Source of the DNA: Haplodiscus bocki
Lineage: Eukaryota
NCBI GenBank assembly: GCA_965655095.1
Contig: OZ296649.1
Span: 72,850,001 to 72,914,000 of the forward strand
Direction of reading: 5' to 3'
Length of the DNA stretch: 64,000 nucleotides
Below the pieces are notes generated by a model. That model was given only the letters and a program-made list of their open reading frames with translations. It was not told the DNA's origin and ran no database searches. Below are positions 25,014 through 37,863 of the stretch, in pieces. The translations under genes and the position numbers were made by a program. How positions within the stretch are numbered: the first letter of the stretch is position 1; the number at the start of each line of letters is the position of its first letter.

Positions 25014-28000
25014 TTAAAACTTACTGAAAATTGGCTTCGGATTGCCAAGGGAGTAACGTCCGTAGGCTAGAGAAGACACAGTATCGTCTAAGATGTAGCG
25101 TTTGTCGTCAAAACAACTGAGAGCAACTTTCTTCACAGCATTGACCACAATTTGATACCCAACCGATCTTAGTTGCAACATTTCTTCCAGTAGAACAGAC
25201 TTTGAGAATAAGCAGTTCTTGAAGACACTGTGAAGTAAAGTTTTTTTTCACGGATTTTCGAACACCTTTGGCGCTTTGTTTAGTTCCACCCAGATAATCC
25301 AAGTTATATAATTTCGATCGTAGGCAAACTACTTCTCTCAAGACTTTTCCATTAAGCTCGTCAGTCATCGTGAGTGGTACTTTTTTGTTTGTTTTGTCCT
25401 GAAGGAAGTGGTCTTCCGGATAATCCGAAAGGTCGGGGAGATGCTTGAAAGTTGACATGTCTTCATATAAATCGGCAGTTTTTATTCTATAGAGGAAGGA
25501 GTTAGTGTCTTTATAAACTACTTTCAGACGATCTGATCCATAACGAGGAAGCATTTCTTCGTAATGAAACTTGTACAAGGAGAGTTTCGAGAGATCCAAA
25601 ATAGTTGCACCCACTGGCGTTGGTTTAATCCAAACTACTGAGGAAGCCCGAAGGGAAGAAGATACTAGATCCTTGCTGATAATTTTGAAGTTTTTGAAAG
25701 TAGCTCGTTGGATGAAGGCTTCAGCTTGCGCTTCGGTTGTAATGAGTCGCAACATACCACGTCTACGTAAATTTTCCATTGTCTTGCGAAAGCAAGCGTT
25801 TGACATCAGTTTGTATTTTTTTTTCGAAATCATTAGAAGCTTATTTACGCATTATGGTGTTTTTTGATATGTATGCTCCAAGCCATTTTGATTGCTGGAA
25901 ATTTACTACCCAATGGAGTTTCGTGACGTTTAATCCATGATGTACATAAAAATTCAAGTTTTCGTAGTGACAAACGTAGCGATGCTTGTCTAGCAGAGTT
26001 TCCACAAGCTTTTAAGTCGTTAAACCAACAATTAACCCGAAGGAATTGGCATAATCAGATCTCCAATCTGTGCGAATTTTTATCTTTTTGGGGTGCCAAA
26101 AGAAGGTCATTTTGGATGTCGTGAATTGCTGGCGGATACGCAAGGTCCACTTCAACAAAGTAGCCAAAGCCAGAATCCGAAGGTGTGGCAAAAAAATGCG
26201 CCAGACTGATTTCAGTGCACCATTGATATCCTCCAACAGGCATTTCCTTTTGCATTGTCCCAGCATAAAGCGATGTTACGTCAAAAAAAGCACCAAAAGT
26301 AGACTCCTCTTTTGAATTGAAACTTTCAAGATACTTGTTATTTGCTTCAAAAAGACGAAGAGCACCCAAACCATTTATTCCACCGCAAATTCCTTTCTCA
26401 AAGAACAAAAGCTGGTCAATGTCCTGCAATAGTTCCAATTTCACACCAGTAGTAATTAGCATTGCATCCCAACTTAAGTTGGGCGCTGAGTAAAAGTGTG
26501 CTGGATCCAACTTGTACACTTGCATACAGACCTCTCTGAACTTCTGGAAAAGGTCACCAAGAAGAAACACATCAGTCCGTAGGTATAAATCATGGTAATC
26601 CACAAAGTTTTTACAATTGAAGGCGTTATAAATTTCCAAGGCAAAGTTATGTTGTTCTTTTGTGACATCAATCGCTTTTGTTAAAGTGTTGTACCACAAA
26701 GGCCCATGAGGTGGGAAGGACTCACTAAACTTTTCAAAAGAGTCGAGATAGTTGTACGGGAAAAAGCCTTTTTTAGTCAGCCTCTGGAAAAGATCATCTC
26801 CAATATTTGGGAAGCCAGCTCTCAGCAACTTGAAATCATCTTTTTCGACGGTTTTTACTAGCGAGTCCAAACTTTGCGACATAAATTGGAAGCTGTCCAA
26901 AAACCGCAGTGAATGATGAAGCACAACGTTTTGTCCCAGTTTCCTTTTGAAACGTTCCATCGGTATGTCCAAAGAAAAAGAAATACAGGTTTCATCGTTT
27001 TTTGCAATGGCTGAAAGCTTTTCTCCATCGTTGAGTTTCAAATCTTTTATAATATGATGAGCGTCATATGGCGACAAATTGTGGAAGAAAACCGGCAACA
27101 ATCGCGTTGTCTTGGCACGAAGATTGCATTTAGAATGGGCAACCCCAAAAATTTCGCCGGTCAAGTGGCAATGATTGATTACTCTAGGGTTGTGCTCAAC
27201 AATTTTCCCACATAAACACCAAACAATTTCATCTCTTTCCATCAAGATGTTTCTGTCGTCCGTAGAAATTTTCAGTTGTTTGAACTTGCGTTTTTCAGTA
27301 TAACACCAAGCTGACCAAGATCGAAATAAATCCATTAGACGACTAATACAGTCTTCGCCTTTGGAGATCTGCTCTTTGACCACAACGTTACCTAAACAGA
27401 AAAAGTGGTTAATTCCTCAGAAAGCAAAAAATGTTACCTAGAATACGCGGGTAAATTGTTAGACAGATAAGGTAGTTTCATGTTTGGGTTTTTGAAAAGC
27501 GTGACAGAAAACTAACTCCTTTCGTCCACGAGGATGGCACCGAAACTGCAGGGATACTGTCTTTCAATTTCTTTTGTGTAGGAACCATATCTCTGCACAT
27601 CCACACAACAGACATCGATTGCTTCGAGATCCGCGTGCACAACAAACTTTTTGAGTTTTCTGCCAATTCACAAATTCGATAGTCGGCGAGGAAATGGGCA
27701 TTCGAATTTCAAGCGGAGCATTTGACTCACAAAATCTTATGTGATTCATGTAGTTTCTCTTTATTATTGACTGGAAACAGTTTGACCAGAATCTCAACTT
27801 GGAGCCATTTCTTCGTTTCTTCTCTGATCGAGTCAGCCTCTGAAGCAAATTCGAGAAGTTTTTGATGATACAGTAATGAGTTTTGGAACTACTGACCAGG
27901 CGAAGTAAATTGACACGACGCTTTGAGTTTTTCTTCTTGCTGTAAAACACAGCCACCAATTTCCCATTCTCCAGTTGATATACATTAATAGAGACATTGT

Positions 28001-28950
28001 TGCTTTTCTCTAAAGACTGTATACTGGATAAGGGCATGGGCATTCACCTTGATTTTAAATTCAGCTGCTTTACATTTTCCTTATGAGAAATTCGGAGAGA
28101 AGGAGCGACCAGTGAAAGCAAATAATGCAGCTGCAACACAATATAAAAAACAGAAGTTGTCGTTCTTGTTTTTAACGTTCAAAAGGCTTTTCGAAATACC
28201 TTTCAATGTATTAGGCGTTTCTATGTAAGACGAGCCGTTGAGGGTTTGGCAAGTTGCTGTTTTCACTTCCACAGATTGTAGGCTTTCTAACACCCATCCA
28301 GAACCACAAGAAGCAAAGACATTGAGCTTCGACATTATTTGATCTACGTGGTCAAGGTATTCTTCATCTGTGATTTTGTTGGCAATTCTAGCGAGGAAAG
28401 TATTGAAGAATGCCGTAACTCTATCATTGTTCAATGTTTTCACGAAGTCGACGGCAATAGTAGGGCCAATTTTCATATTAGCTACTTTTTGAAGTTCGGT
28501 ATCGATGAAATCCATTATGCTCTGTTGGTGCATAACTAAATAATTGAACGGATCAATGATAGAAACTTCTTCCTTTGGTAACTTGAAACAATGCGTTTTG
28601 AATCTGTCATTCACAGCCACAGTTGTAGCTTCGACTTGAGCGGGATTCCCGGTTCGTTTCCGAAGGACATTCTCCTCAGGCAGTCTATGTTCGGCTACCT
28701 CATGGTCAAAGAGAGACTTTTCCGTTGCAAAATATTTAGGGCAGAAAAAACACCTGTGAACGTTCGGCGATTTGTGTTGATTTTGCAAATGTTTGAGAAG
28801 ATTATAGCTTTCGTTGAATTGGATAGCGCATTCTCCACACTGGAAGGAGACAGCTGTTTCGATTATATTTTGCTTATGTTTGGTTCTGAGATGATTATCC
28901 AGGAGCCGTTGAGTTTTGAAAATCTTGCCACAAGTCTCACATGATAACAT
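25014..28950 (-). pseudogene. polB: Protein-primed family B DNA polymerase with N-terminal C2H2 fingers and an endonuclease VII-like insert; one putative intron
   Basis: Three C2H2 fingers (in 28081..28950); HADLEAI (Exo I); NHCHLTG..AHSKCN; FHNLSPYDAH (Exo II); KGFFPY; LYLRTDV (Exo III); DVTSLY (Pol A); KLMSNACFRKT (Pol B); YKDTNS (mutated Pol C); AKGV; FDDKRY. Confidence 0.95.
27392..27516 (-). other. Putative 125-nt spliceosomal intron in polB
   Basis: A|GTTAGT donor, TTAAC branch point, TTTTTCTGTTTAG| acceptor. Splicing joins YPCSFGAILVDER-S-NVVVKEQISKGEDC in frame. Confidence 0.7.
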
Positions 28951-29433
28951 GATAGTCGAACCAAGCTATTGATAGGAGAGAGGGTTTCCCTGAACATCTA
29001 AAACTTTTCGACACTGTTTTTGATATACGACACAGAAATTCCTAAACCACGTTTCGTGATTACAAAAAATAAATCAACAAAAAAATATGAATTAAAAAAA
29101 GGAAAACCCTCTGGACATTTTTATTTTGAAAATTTTTTTGAGGTATGTGGTTCCCTTTGGGTAACAGTCAATTCTAAGTTTCCGAATAAGATATTAAGCT
29201 GAGGTATTTAATATTTGGACAATTGTAATTGAATTCTTAAAGTTCGAATTTATTTGGTGAAGTTTCAGTACGAGAATACAGTACGGTCGTTGAATGCATT
29301 TTATCTATGGAATTAGGAATATGGTGTCATTTTTGTTAGTTTTCGTGATGGGTTTAGATGAATTGTACGGAATTGGTATCATCGTATAATCTCTTGACAG
29401 CAAGATGTCAATTCTATTTTGGGTTCCAGTTCG

Positions 29434-29560
29434 GTGGCTTCATCTATCAGTAAGCTGTCAAACTAGTTTTCTTGGTCAATATTAGGCAAAACCTTCATGA
29501 TTGTGCAAAAACTGCAAAGGAATTAAAAATGCACTAACCCCCCCCCTTACCCATACTACT
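29434..29560 (-). repeat. Polinton right terminal inverted repeat
   Basis: Reverse complement of the left TIR, ending CCATACTACT and followed by the TSD ATTGTT. Confidence 0.93.
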
Positions 29561-30514
29561 ATTGTTTTCAGAAAAAACCGCCTACAAAATTTCCCCATAC
29601 AACAAATGTGATTTTTTTTTCAGTAAATAACTCTTCCGAATCTTTCTTAGTTCAGGAAAATAGTACAGAACATTTAGGTACTTGAATATTGTCGCCCAAT
29701 AAATTCACTTAAATTTTTCAGATACATCAGCCTTTTGGGTCAGTTGATTCGCCAATTGAAATTACTTTTTCTCATCTTTAACAATTATTTTTAATATATT
29801 GGCACTGCAATCTGTAATTTCGACAGTTGCCCGTCTTTTGTTCCACTGGCGCGCCAATGTAACTAGGGCGGATAATTGAACTTCATCTCATTTCGAACCT
29901 GGACTACGTGATCACAACTTTGTGTTATCCACATAATTTACCTGAAAAAAATTGGGAGCCATGTGCAATGCAACAGACCGGATTCGTCCGGTGATAAGAC
30001 GAAACTGATTTTTTTTGAAATATACAAATTGTCGAATATCAAATAAAGTAGGATCGCATTCTTTAACATGTTTTTACCTGGAAGCGCATTTTTTAAAAGT
30101 ACCTAAAATCGTCGGTGTCTAATCGAGCGACTTTTCAGTCAAAGGAAAATCTTTTGCCAGCCGAAGCAAGCATACTTCACGCTTCTCTAAACGTGATTGT
30201 ATTCGCATTTTTTCTGGTCTTCACAATAGCTATTTTTTCTGTTTTTATCATCTAAATAATTCCAGAAAAATAATGGCACCGGTTTTATAAATTAAATGCA
30301 TTTAATGATGGAGCCTGAATGGCTTTCCCATTCTAAATGAAGACATCATAAATAATTCCATTATGAATTCTCCAATCCCTGCACTTAACAGTCAGTAGAT
30401 AGAATTTCATCATCCATATCTATTAGCTACTATAATGAACTTTTTGCATGTCGCTATAAGTTTTTCAGCGTAATATATTGTTCGTTTTATCAAGAAAAAC
30501 AAAGAGGACCTTGG

Positions 30515-30915
30515 TCATCTGCTAATTAGCAAGTTTCCGGTACACCATTTATTGATATATAGATCAGACCGGAACTGGAATTTTGGACTCCGATCGGACG
30601 GGATTTGGAACCGGAACTATTTCAAACTGACTGACTGCTGCAGTTAAAACTTTCTTGCGAGCAAAGGATGGCCAGTTTCCAAATTACACATTAACAGTAA
30701 TCATTAAGTATTCTTTCATCCTTTTGCAAAATAATTGCTGTCTCTGTACCATAGCGACTTCACATTCTTTTACAAGCCAGTTTTTGGTTGAATTTTGAAA
30801 CATATCGAGTTGAAAATCTATGATTTTGTTTTCTGAGATCCGGCCGGATTTCAAACCTGTTCCGGCCAACTGAACAGGAATTCCGGTACAGGCCGACTAA
30901 TTATACAGATGACGA
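30515..30915. repeat. Possible small TIR element rich in CCGGAAC/TTCCGG motifs
   Basis: Imperfect inverted ends TCATCTGCTAATTAG / CTAATTATACAGATGA with internal CCGG-motif repeats; no clear TSD. Confidence 0.35.
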
Positions 30916-32879
30916 AAGCCTTCTTTGGCTAAAGATTTCTTCAGAACAGCATAGGAAATTTCGAATTTCTTCGTAAGATATGTGGTACGACCTAAGTCAT
31001 TCCAGCTGGCAAATAAAGCAACTATTCTCAATATTTGCCAAAAATTTGGCCAAATGAACAAAAGTAAGGAACTCCGCGAAGTAATTTACTATTATAAAAC
31101 AACCGACAATGGATAATTGAGCTTAAAGTTGACGTTACCTAAATTATTGCAATAATTGCATGCAAAGAAATAATTCCTGAAAATACAAAAAACTGACAAA
31201 TTCTGATACTCAGCGGCATTTCTTAGCGAAAACAAAAACATGTAAGATTGGCTATAAATCACTGTCCAGTTACTGGGTGTCATGTCCTCCTTATTATGAC
31301 ATGGGAACTTGTTAAAAAAGTGTTGTCTCGTCAAAAACCTTGTTCAAAAGTGTGGTTACAAAAAACAAAAAAAAGTGTGCGGTCCCATGATAAGTTTTGT
31401 TGTGGACTGTTTCACGAGACCGACCATATGGAAATTATGGAATTTTGCTCTTTTATGCCCTGATTTTCAATGAAACTTCTTTTGCTGACAAAAAATTTTT
31501 TCTGAAGAGCAGTGTACATGTACATGTACTCTGGCTACCATCTCAAGTGAAGAAAAAACAACACCGGAACTTATCTCATCCTAAGTAAGTAGACGGACCG
31601 GACATAACCCGCACTTGCAACCGCAAACGGCGACACAGTACCTTTGGAAGAAAAAATCCGATGACAAATGTAAAACACTTTAAAATTGCCAATTTATTCA
31701 TCAGTATTAATCAGTATATCACTGAACAGCTTAGAAACTACGTAGTTTCGATAGTTATGATATAACAGTTACTCAACGCAAAATATATGCAATATTCACC
31801 CATAAAGCATATCATAGCAATAAATTGCCGTCTTATTCAATTTCTGCAGATTGATTTATACAGGTAAATTTGCATAAAATGCATGTAAAATAGCCACCAC
31901 AAATTGGGTCAGATTTGCACTCACACTTTGAGTAGTTAATTAGTAATTACGCTCCAAAAAAACTATCCAAAGGTAAGAATTGCGTTTTACCATTGGTCAC
32001 GAGACCATGTAAATCCGACGACGATTGGCATTATTTTAATGACACAGCAAAGTACTCAACCATTCCTAATTTACACATACTTTCCGATTTCTTGCAATCG
32101 CGATAAATAGCTTCAACTTTTCATTACTAACAGAAAAAAAGTAAAGTCTTCGTTACTTTCAAGCCCATTTTCTTCGCAGCTAACACACTCACGGACGTTA
32201 AAAAGTTTTAAAAAGTCTCAATGCAAGAAACTATCAGAGAACACACCTCTGAAATCCAAAATACTCGTAGCTCCGATTGAAACGGGAGATATTTTAGGCC
32301 TGAAATTGTTACTCTCACTCGAGAACAGGTAGATATCCAAATTAAGGCACACTTGTCTCCGGTCAGCCAGCAACTAGCGGATCTAACTAAAATGCTCCAA
32401 AGTCTGACGCAGAAATCTACAAACAAAATTAACTCAACGACGAGTTCCTGTGCTCAGGCATTTACAACCTGAGTTTCGTTCAATAAATATGCTCCACATC
32501 GATGTTGAGCTTCATTTTCCGGCCTGGTGAAGGCTGTTTACTCAGATAGATTTCAATTAAGTAAGAAAAAAATCTCATTCTCATTTCATTTCCCTAGTTG
32601 AACGTGCATTCATGTTTTTTTTTAAATTTCATACGTTACTAGGCAGTTTTTTGAATGATTTTCGAATTTCATCCAAATTTTTCGGCTAATTTTGCCTGCT
32701 GCTGTTATGTCTTTCAAGTTTTGAGGTTTTTTATAAAATTAGGCGGGGTTTTCGAGGTTGTTTTCGAAAATTGGCAGACGACAAAAAAATGAAGTTTTGC
32801 AAGTTTTGTATGCACCTCAAATAATTTTACATTTGACAGATATTTCAATTTCGCCGCGCTGCAAACAGAAATAATACAG

Positions 32880-33156
32880 ATAAATTTATAGCTGCCCACG
32901 CCCCCTCATCAGTGAGCAAATAATAGCTGAACGTTCAAAGCATATTCTTAATGTCAAGGAAACAAAAAAAATAGCAACTTTAAGAAGTAGTGATTGAGCC
33001 AATAGAAGTGCGAGAAATGTTACGGTTTCTATGTTTGACCCTTAAACCCTTAAAGCTCTAACAAACTCTTGCTGCAGCAAAGAAAACTTCGAAAATAGAT
33101 GTATGCTAAATGTCTGAATTGTCTATGCTTTATAAATTATTTGCCTGCGCTCATTA
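32880..33156 (+). repeat. Dispersed repeat, copy 2 (copy 1 at ~14230-14495)
   Basis: Collinear similarity with 14230-14495. Confidence 0.75.
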
Positions 33157-33299
33157 TGCATCATACAAAACTTTAATGCAAGTTCAACTACAGTAGTGTG
33201 AGAAAAGAAAGGAACATTTATTTGTGAATTAATACTGGAACGCTACATATACTTGCGTAATACTCAAAGACAACTGAAAATCACAAATTATGGTCGAAA

Positions 33300-33920
33300 T
33301 TTAACAATCGCTTGTTTTCGTTCTTTGGATTTTATCTTGAATAGCTCTCGAAATGCGCGGGGCGATTGTTGGGGTTTTAAATTTGCTATTTCTTGGCGTT
33401 GAAAAGGGGGATATCTCTATTGAAAAACAAATTTGCAAAAAGAAGAAACGGCTTTAATTATTTCGTGCAATGTTAAGCAAAAACAGTACAAAATTACAGC
33501 AAAAGAGAGTCACTTACATTTGGCTGATTTATTGTTGAATGATTCTGATCTTTTATTTTCGGTTTCTCCAAGTTGGGTGGTTTCGCGTGCAGGTGTACTT
33601 TTTGTCAGACAGATGCTTTTTTCATAAATACTACATTAATTTTAGAATAATATTTGCGGTAGAGGCAGGTGAAAAGATTTTACAACAAGCGTATAATAAT
33701 AAAGTATACGAGTACTGTGAAAAAAAATATTATTTGCAGGTGAATGTAATATTATTTTACTGCAAAATAGATACAAAAGAAAAAAAAGCACACGCACACT
33801 TAATCAGTTCAGGTGCACTATTGGGACCTGGGACATATTACTCATATTACTCAGCTACAAGTCTTTCAGTTATTGTAACGCAAATGTATTTTTTTTGTTT
33901 TTGTTTTTTTAGTTGTTATA
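33300..33920 (-). repeat. 3' LTR of element A
   Basis: Direct repeat of 44971-45591 (about 20 differences by eye); sense termini TATAAC...TGTTAAA. Confidence 0.93.
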
Positions 33921-33966
33921 TTGGCCCATTTCATCTGGATTCTGTCCGCACAATAGAAACGACTTA

Positions 33967-34943
33967 TCAAAAAGTGTCATGCATCCGCGATAAAAATGTG
34001 TCACAGTCAATGCAGGTTCTGAGGTTCCGTTGAGTACGTCGGATACCATCAATTCCACAACAATTATACACGTTTCGAAGGTGTGGAGTTTGCAGAATAT
34101 TTTTGGTCTCACTAACCACAAAGACAAGAGGTTTAACATAATTAGGGGCATCGGGATTTTTGTCGGGATGTATAAGTTTGAGGATATGGCGAGCATGGAA
34201 AGCTAATTTGTTCCGAAGTAGCATCGAGGGAGCAACCAAGTAGATCGTAGAGCATGGATTCCGCTGCAAATTCAAGGGTGTTGGGATAGGTTGAAATTTG
34301 GCGAAGGAGCATTGTCTTAGGGCCGTTGTAAGATTCAGAGCTGATAGCAGACGTTTTTAAAGAAGAAATCTGTTCCGAGAGTTCTAAGGTCCTTGCGAGG
34401 AGGGCAGAATTTTCTTCATTGAGGACTTGGAGGCGTTTTTGGAGTTCCTGGATTTTTTCTTGTTTGGTACGCAATTCAGCCACGGTTTCTTCCATGACAG
34501 CAAAAGTATTATTCGCGGCTGTTCGAGCCTCTTCAAAACCTTGTTGTAATTTGCGAACATTGCAAAATTCGCTTGCCAACAAGTCCAAAGCTTCGTCCGA
34601 GTCTAGGGTTGCCTCAACGCTCACGTCAATGGTTTCAGGAAGAACAGGAGGGGGCAGGGGCGGGGAACAAAGGCCGTTGGGGGTCGGTTCATTGACATGA
34701 ACACTCATGTTAGAAGTGAGAGGAGGAGTGACCCAGATCTGGCTGGCCGGACGTACAGAGGCACGGTGCTTGGGTGCGTTTATCTTCTTAAGGGTAACAT
34801 TTTGACTGGTCGCATTGATACGAAGAACTCGATACTCGCTGGGGTCCAAGATTTGAACCACGTCACCAGGCGCCAGTTCAACCACGCGACCACTGCTGGT
34901 GAAGAAGGGGGCTTTTCCAAAAGAGAGCGGCACTGTTGAGAAC
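33967..34943 (-). pseudogene. Accessory ORF A: beta-rich N-terminal domain, Pro-rich linker, coiled coil, HPD J-domain, CxxC
   Basis: ORFs 34142..35014 and 33967..34275 join across one frameshift: MLYDLLGCSLDATSEQISF/HARHILKLIHPDKNPD...NILQTPHLRNVYNCCG...CIDC. Homologous to 56888-57879. Confidence 0.85.
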
Positions 34944-35023
34944 CTGAAACAGAAAAAATGAGCACACCTACCGGTGCAAAAAAAGACAAGAAAACGACCA
35001 GGAAAAAAAGACACACAAAAAAA

Positions 35024-35185
35024 GGTGACACGGAAACATGTCTCAAAGGCTCTGATTGAGGGAACTCAAACAGGAAGGAGTAGCTTAGGTAATAGGCGGC
35101 AACGTACGGAAACGCACGTTGAAAGACACTAGCAAAGCTAGGGAAAAACATCAACAGGGTTGAGGAAGTAGCACGGAAACGTGCT
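35024..35185 (-). promoter_or_regulatory. Three UUUC-tetraloop hairpins (putative cis-acting RNA element)
   Basis: Sense strand AGCACG-TTTC-CGTGCT, AACGTGCG-TTTC-CGTACGTT and GACATG-TTTC-CGTGTC. Confidence 0.7.
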
Positions 35186-35378
35186 TAATGACACCAACAA
35201 AAGTTGGGAAAAATAGTGTATGAGCATAAGTCATGTTTTTGGAGGAAATTGTACGGACACGTACAAAAAAAGACATCAACCGAAGTTGAGTAAAACCGTA
35301 GGTGAGCTAAAATGAAGGATGACATGTGTGACAGTATGATGAAAGTTGAATGCATGCATAAAACAAAAATAAACAGTT

Positions 35379-37863
35379 TCAGGTTGAAGTCTGGGCGTAC
35401 TGCGGTGAGGCAATGTCGGGGTAGGCTCGCGGCGGTAGAGCGGGCGCACAAGGAGAAGTGTAGTTCCACGGTTGCGCGTTGGCCTGAGTCATAGTCTCTC
35501 GTGCGAGAGCGACCAGTGCTCGGAACTCATCCGATGTAAGGTACAAAAACGAAGTATCAGTTTTTTCGTAGTCTGCTGGGTTTGATTCGACGATGTGTAT
35601 AAACCGTCCGGAAGTTCCACGGAAGAACTTTTGCGGGTGCCTAAAAAGGCGTTGCCACTGACGACGAAAAAAGGTAAAGCTCAGTGAGAATGTAAGTAAA
35701 GACTTTGAAATAGACAACGTGGACAAGAGAACAGTGGTACGAGTGGGTAGGTAGGATTGCAACGCGGGTGATGTGGCGGGCGTGATGGACGAGTAATAAT
35801 CAGCAATCGGTTTTGTGAGCTCATCGAGAGTGGTTTGCGACATGTGTTGAACATCCGGAAGTTCAGCTAATTCCATTCTGAGACTACATACAACGGATTG
35901 TCGCGCCTCTCCTGTAGAGTATGCTTGAAATTCGGTTGCACCTATGTCAGGGACGCGGGAAAAAACGTTTTGAAGTGATGGAGTAAGTTCGATGGAAGCC
36001 AGAAGGCTCCGGTTGTGTTTCGCAGAAATCCATGTCCGGATGCAAAACAAGATCGCCTTGATTAAACGAAATGATGCTGTTACAGCTGGGTCGCATCACA
36101 CATGCCTGGCACTGGATGGAAGAGATCGAAAGACCATGTGTTTGACTATCATTTTTGATTTGCAGCGTCGCGGTGCGTGAGATTATGTGATACATGCCAT
36201 CCGCAAGATAGAAGGCTTGCGGAGCGTCAGGCAGCAGAACTGAAATGACTTGACAGTTGCGGAGGGCCGGAATATCGTAATTGTAAAAGAGTGAACCTAA
36301 ACAAAGGAGTGTTTCATCTGTTGTTGTGGAAAAACCTTTTCGGCAGAGTTTGATTCGATAGTTCCCGGAACACTGTTGTAGTGTGTGCGATCCAAGCTCA
36401 GCAAACCTCGTGTTATCGGTGGATATTGCGAGAAAAGGATTTGTGAATGTGTACAAGGAGGCTGTTTTCTCGTCATTATTGGGCTGATATAACGGTGTGG
36501 CATTGTATATATCAAATTTTGAAGACTTCGAATTCATTGGTATGCCCAGAATAACGGATATGCCACGATGAATGAGCGTGACCTCTAGGACAAGTTGTAT
36601 TTCGTAATATATTGTCTCAAAACCAGGGCGTATTGCCGGTGACAACTTTGTTCCACGGGTTACTTCGTCATCTGCTAACTCCTTGACAATTTCAGCAATT
36701 TGTTGGGGTAACAAGAATTGTGGTGTGATATAACCACAGGCTAACGACGAGATTGTCGAGAAGAGTGAAAACTTGTAGGCAAAAAAAGCTGCGCGATATG
36801 TTTTCAAATGTGTGTATAGTGTTCCCATTTGGTACACGTAATTCCTGATTGCTTGCAAAAGGTGCATGTGTCGTACAATGACATGGTCACATGCGAGACT
36901 AGTACGGGCCAAGAATAGCGTTGCGTTTACGAGGTAGGATTCCATTTGTTTGAATCGTACGTCCACTACTTCCTTCAACTTGCGAACACTTTCCTGTGTT
37001 CCTTTGATTTCGTTTCCCAGTATGAAGAAATTTTTATCGTTTCTGGTTTGCACACGTTCCAAATTTTTAACAATTGCGTTCTGTGTTCGCATGATGTTGT
37101 CCACATCTCGTGACAGAGCATCGTTGTTTTTACAGAGGTTGAATATTGACAGCGCATTGCATGCAGCATTTTTAAATGGTTCTTCTAGAACTAATCCGGC
37201 GCCGGCTGCCACTGCTGCAATCGCTCCAATAGCTCTGCGTGATCGGCTACCCGGTTTTTGGTCCCTTCGTGCACCGGGCGGAATGAAGGAATTGGCTACG
37301 TCCAATAAACTTTTTTCCTCTTCTAACGCTGCCGTCAGCTCATATTCTAAAAAGCTAACTCTTGTCTCAAGTTGCTGGAGAAGGAGGGCATATGTTTCAT
37401 TGAAATACATATACTTGCAGTTTTTATTGATGTATATGACACCAATTGAGTCAGGGGCCCGTTTGAAAGCTTCAACCATGTATGTTGCTTGGGTCAAGTT
37501 AATTGCCGGAATCCGAGGGAACGGTGAGAAAATACGGACCTTACTCTCGCTCTCGGAGGTAACCGCTTGATATTTGAAAATAAAAGCAGCGCCTTTCTTG
37601 AAGACTGGTTTAGCCAAGTCATCACCCACATGAGTGGTAAATTGCATCTGGAGCTTGATTATGGGCAAGAAGACACTCACTAGTAGAACCGGGAGAATCA
37701 GTTGCTTTATTGAAGCAACTCGTTTGGATTTTTGAGAAGTGCTGAAACAACAACGACGTGGAAGGATTGCGCGGAGATCCTTGAAAGTAGAAAGGAAAAC
37801 AAAAGCTATAAAAATGCGAACAAAAAAAACGTTTAAAAAAGTTGATCGAACCTCTTGGTTCAA
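35379..37863 (-). pseudogene. env: Envelope glycoprotein, class I fusion (F-type); one frameshift
   Basis: Hydrophobic leader, furin site RSRR followed by fusion peptide AIGAIAAVAAGAGLVL, heptad region, Cys-rich domain, TM helix (VLLSTLSISKSLLTFSLSFTFF) and cytoplasmic tail. Confidence 0.9.

Larger units (their letters stand above)
15228..29560. mobile_element. Polinton/Maverick (adintovirus-like) element, full length (~14.3 kb), degenerate
   Basis: ~125-bp TIRs beginning AGTAGTA and ending TACTACT; perfect 6-bp TSD ATTGTT (15222-15227; 29561-29566). Contains ATPase, integrase, two capsid genes, protease and PolB, nearly all with stops or frameshifts. Confidence 0.97.

Noticed and set aside
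33433-34033. Plus-strand ORFs in the LTR of element A (also 45104..45665)
   Set aside because: Antisense to the element, low complexity, and broken differently in the two LTR copies.
37735-37800. Splice-created ATG for env of element A
   Set aside because: The in-phase acceptor is TTTCAG|C (gives ATC) and the TTTCAAG|G acceptor is out of frame, so it cannot be supported without assuming a mutation.
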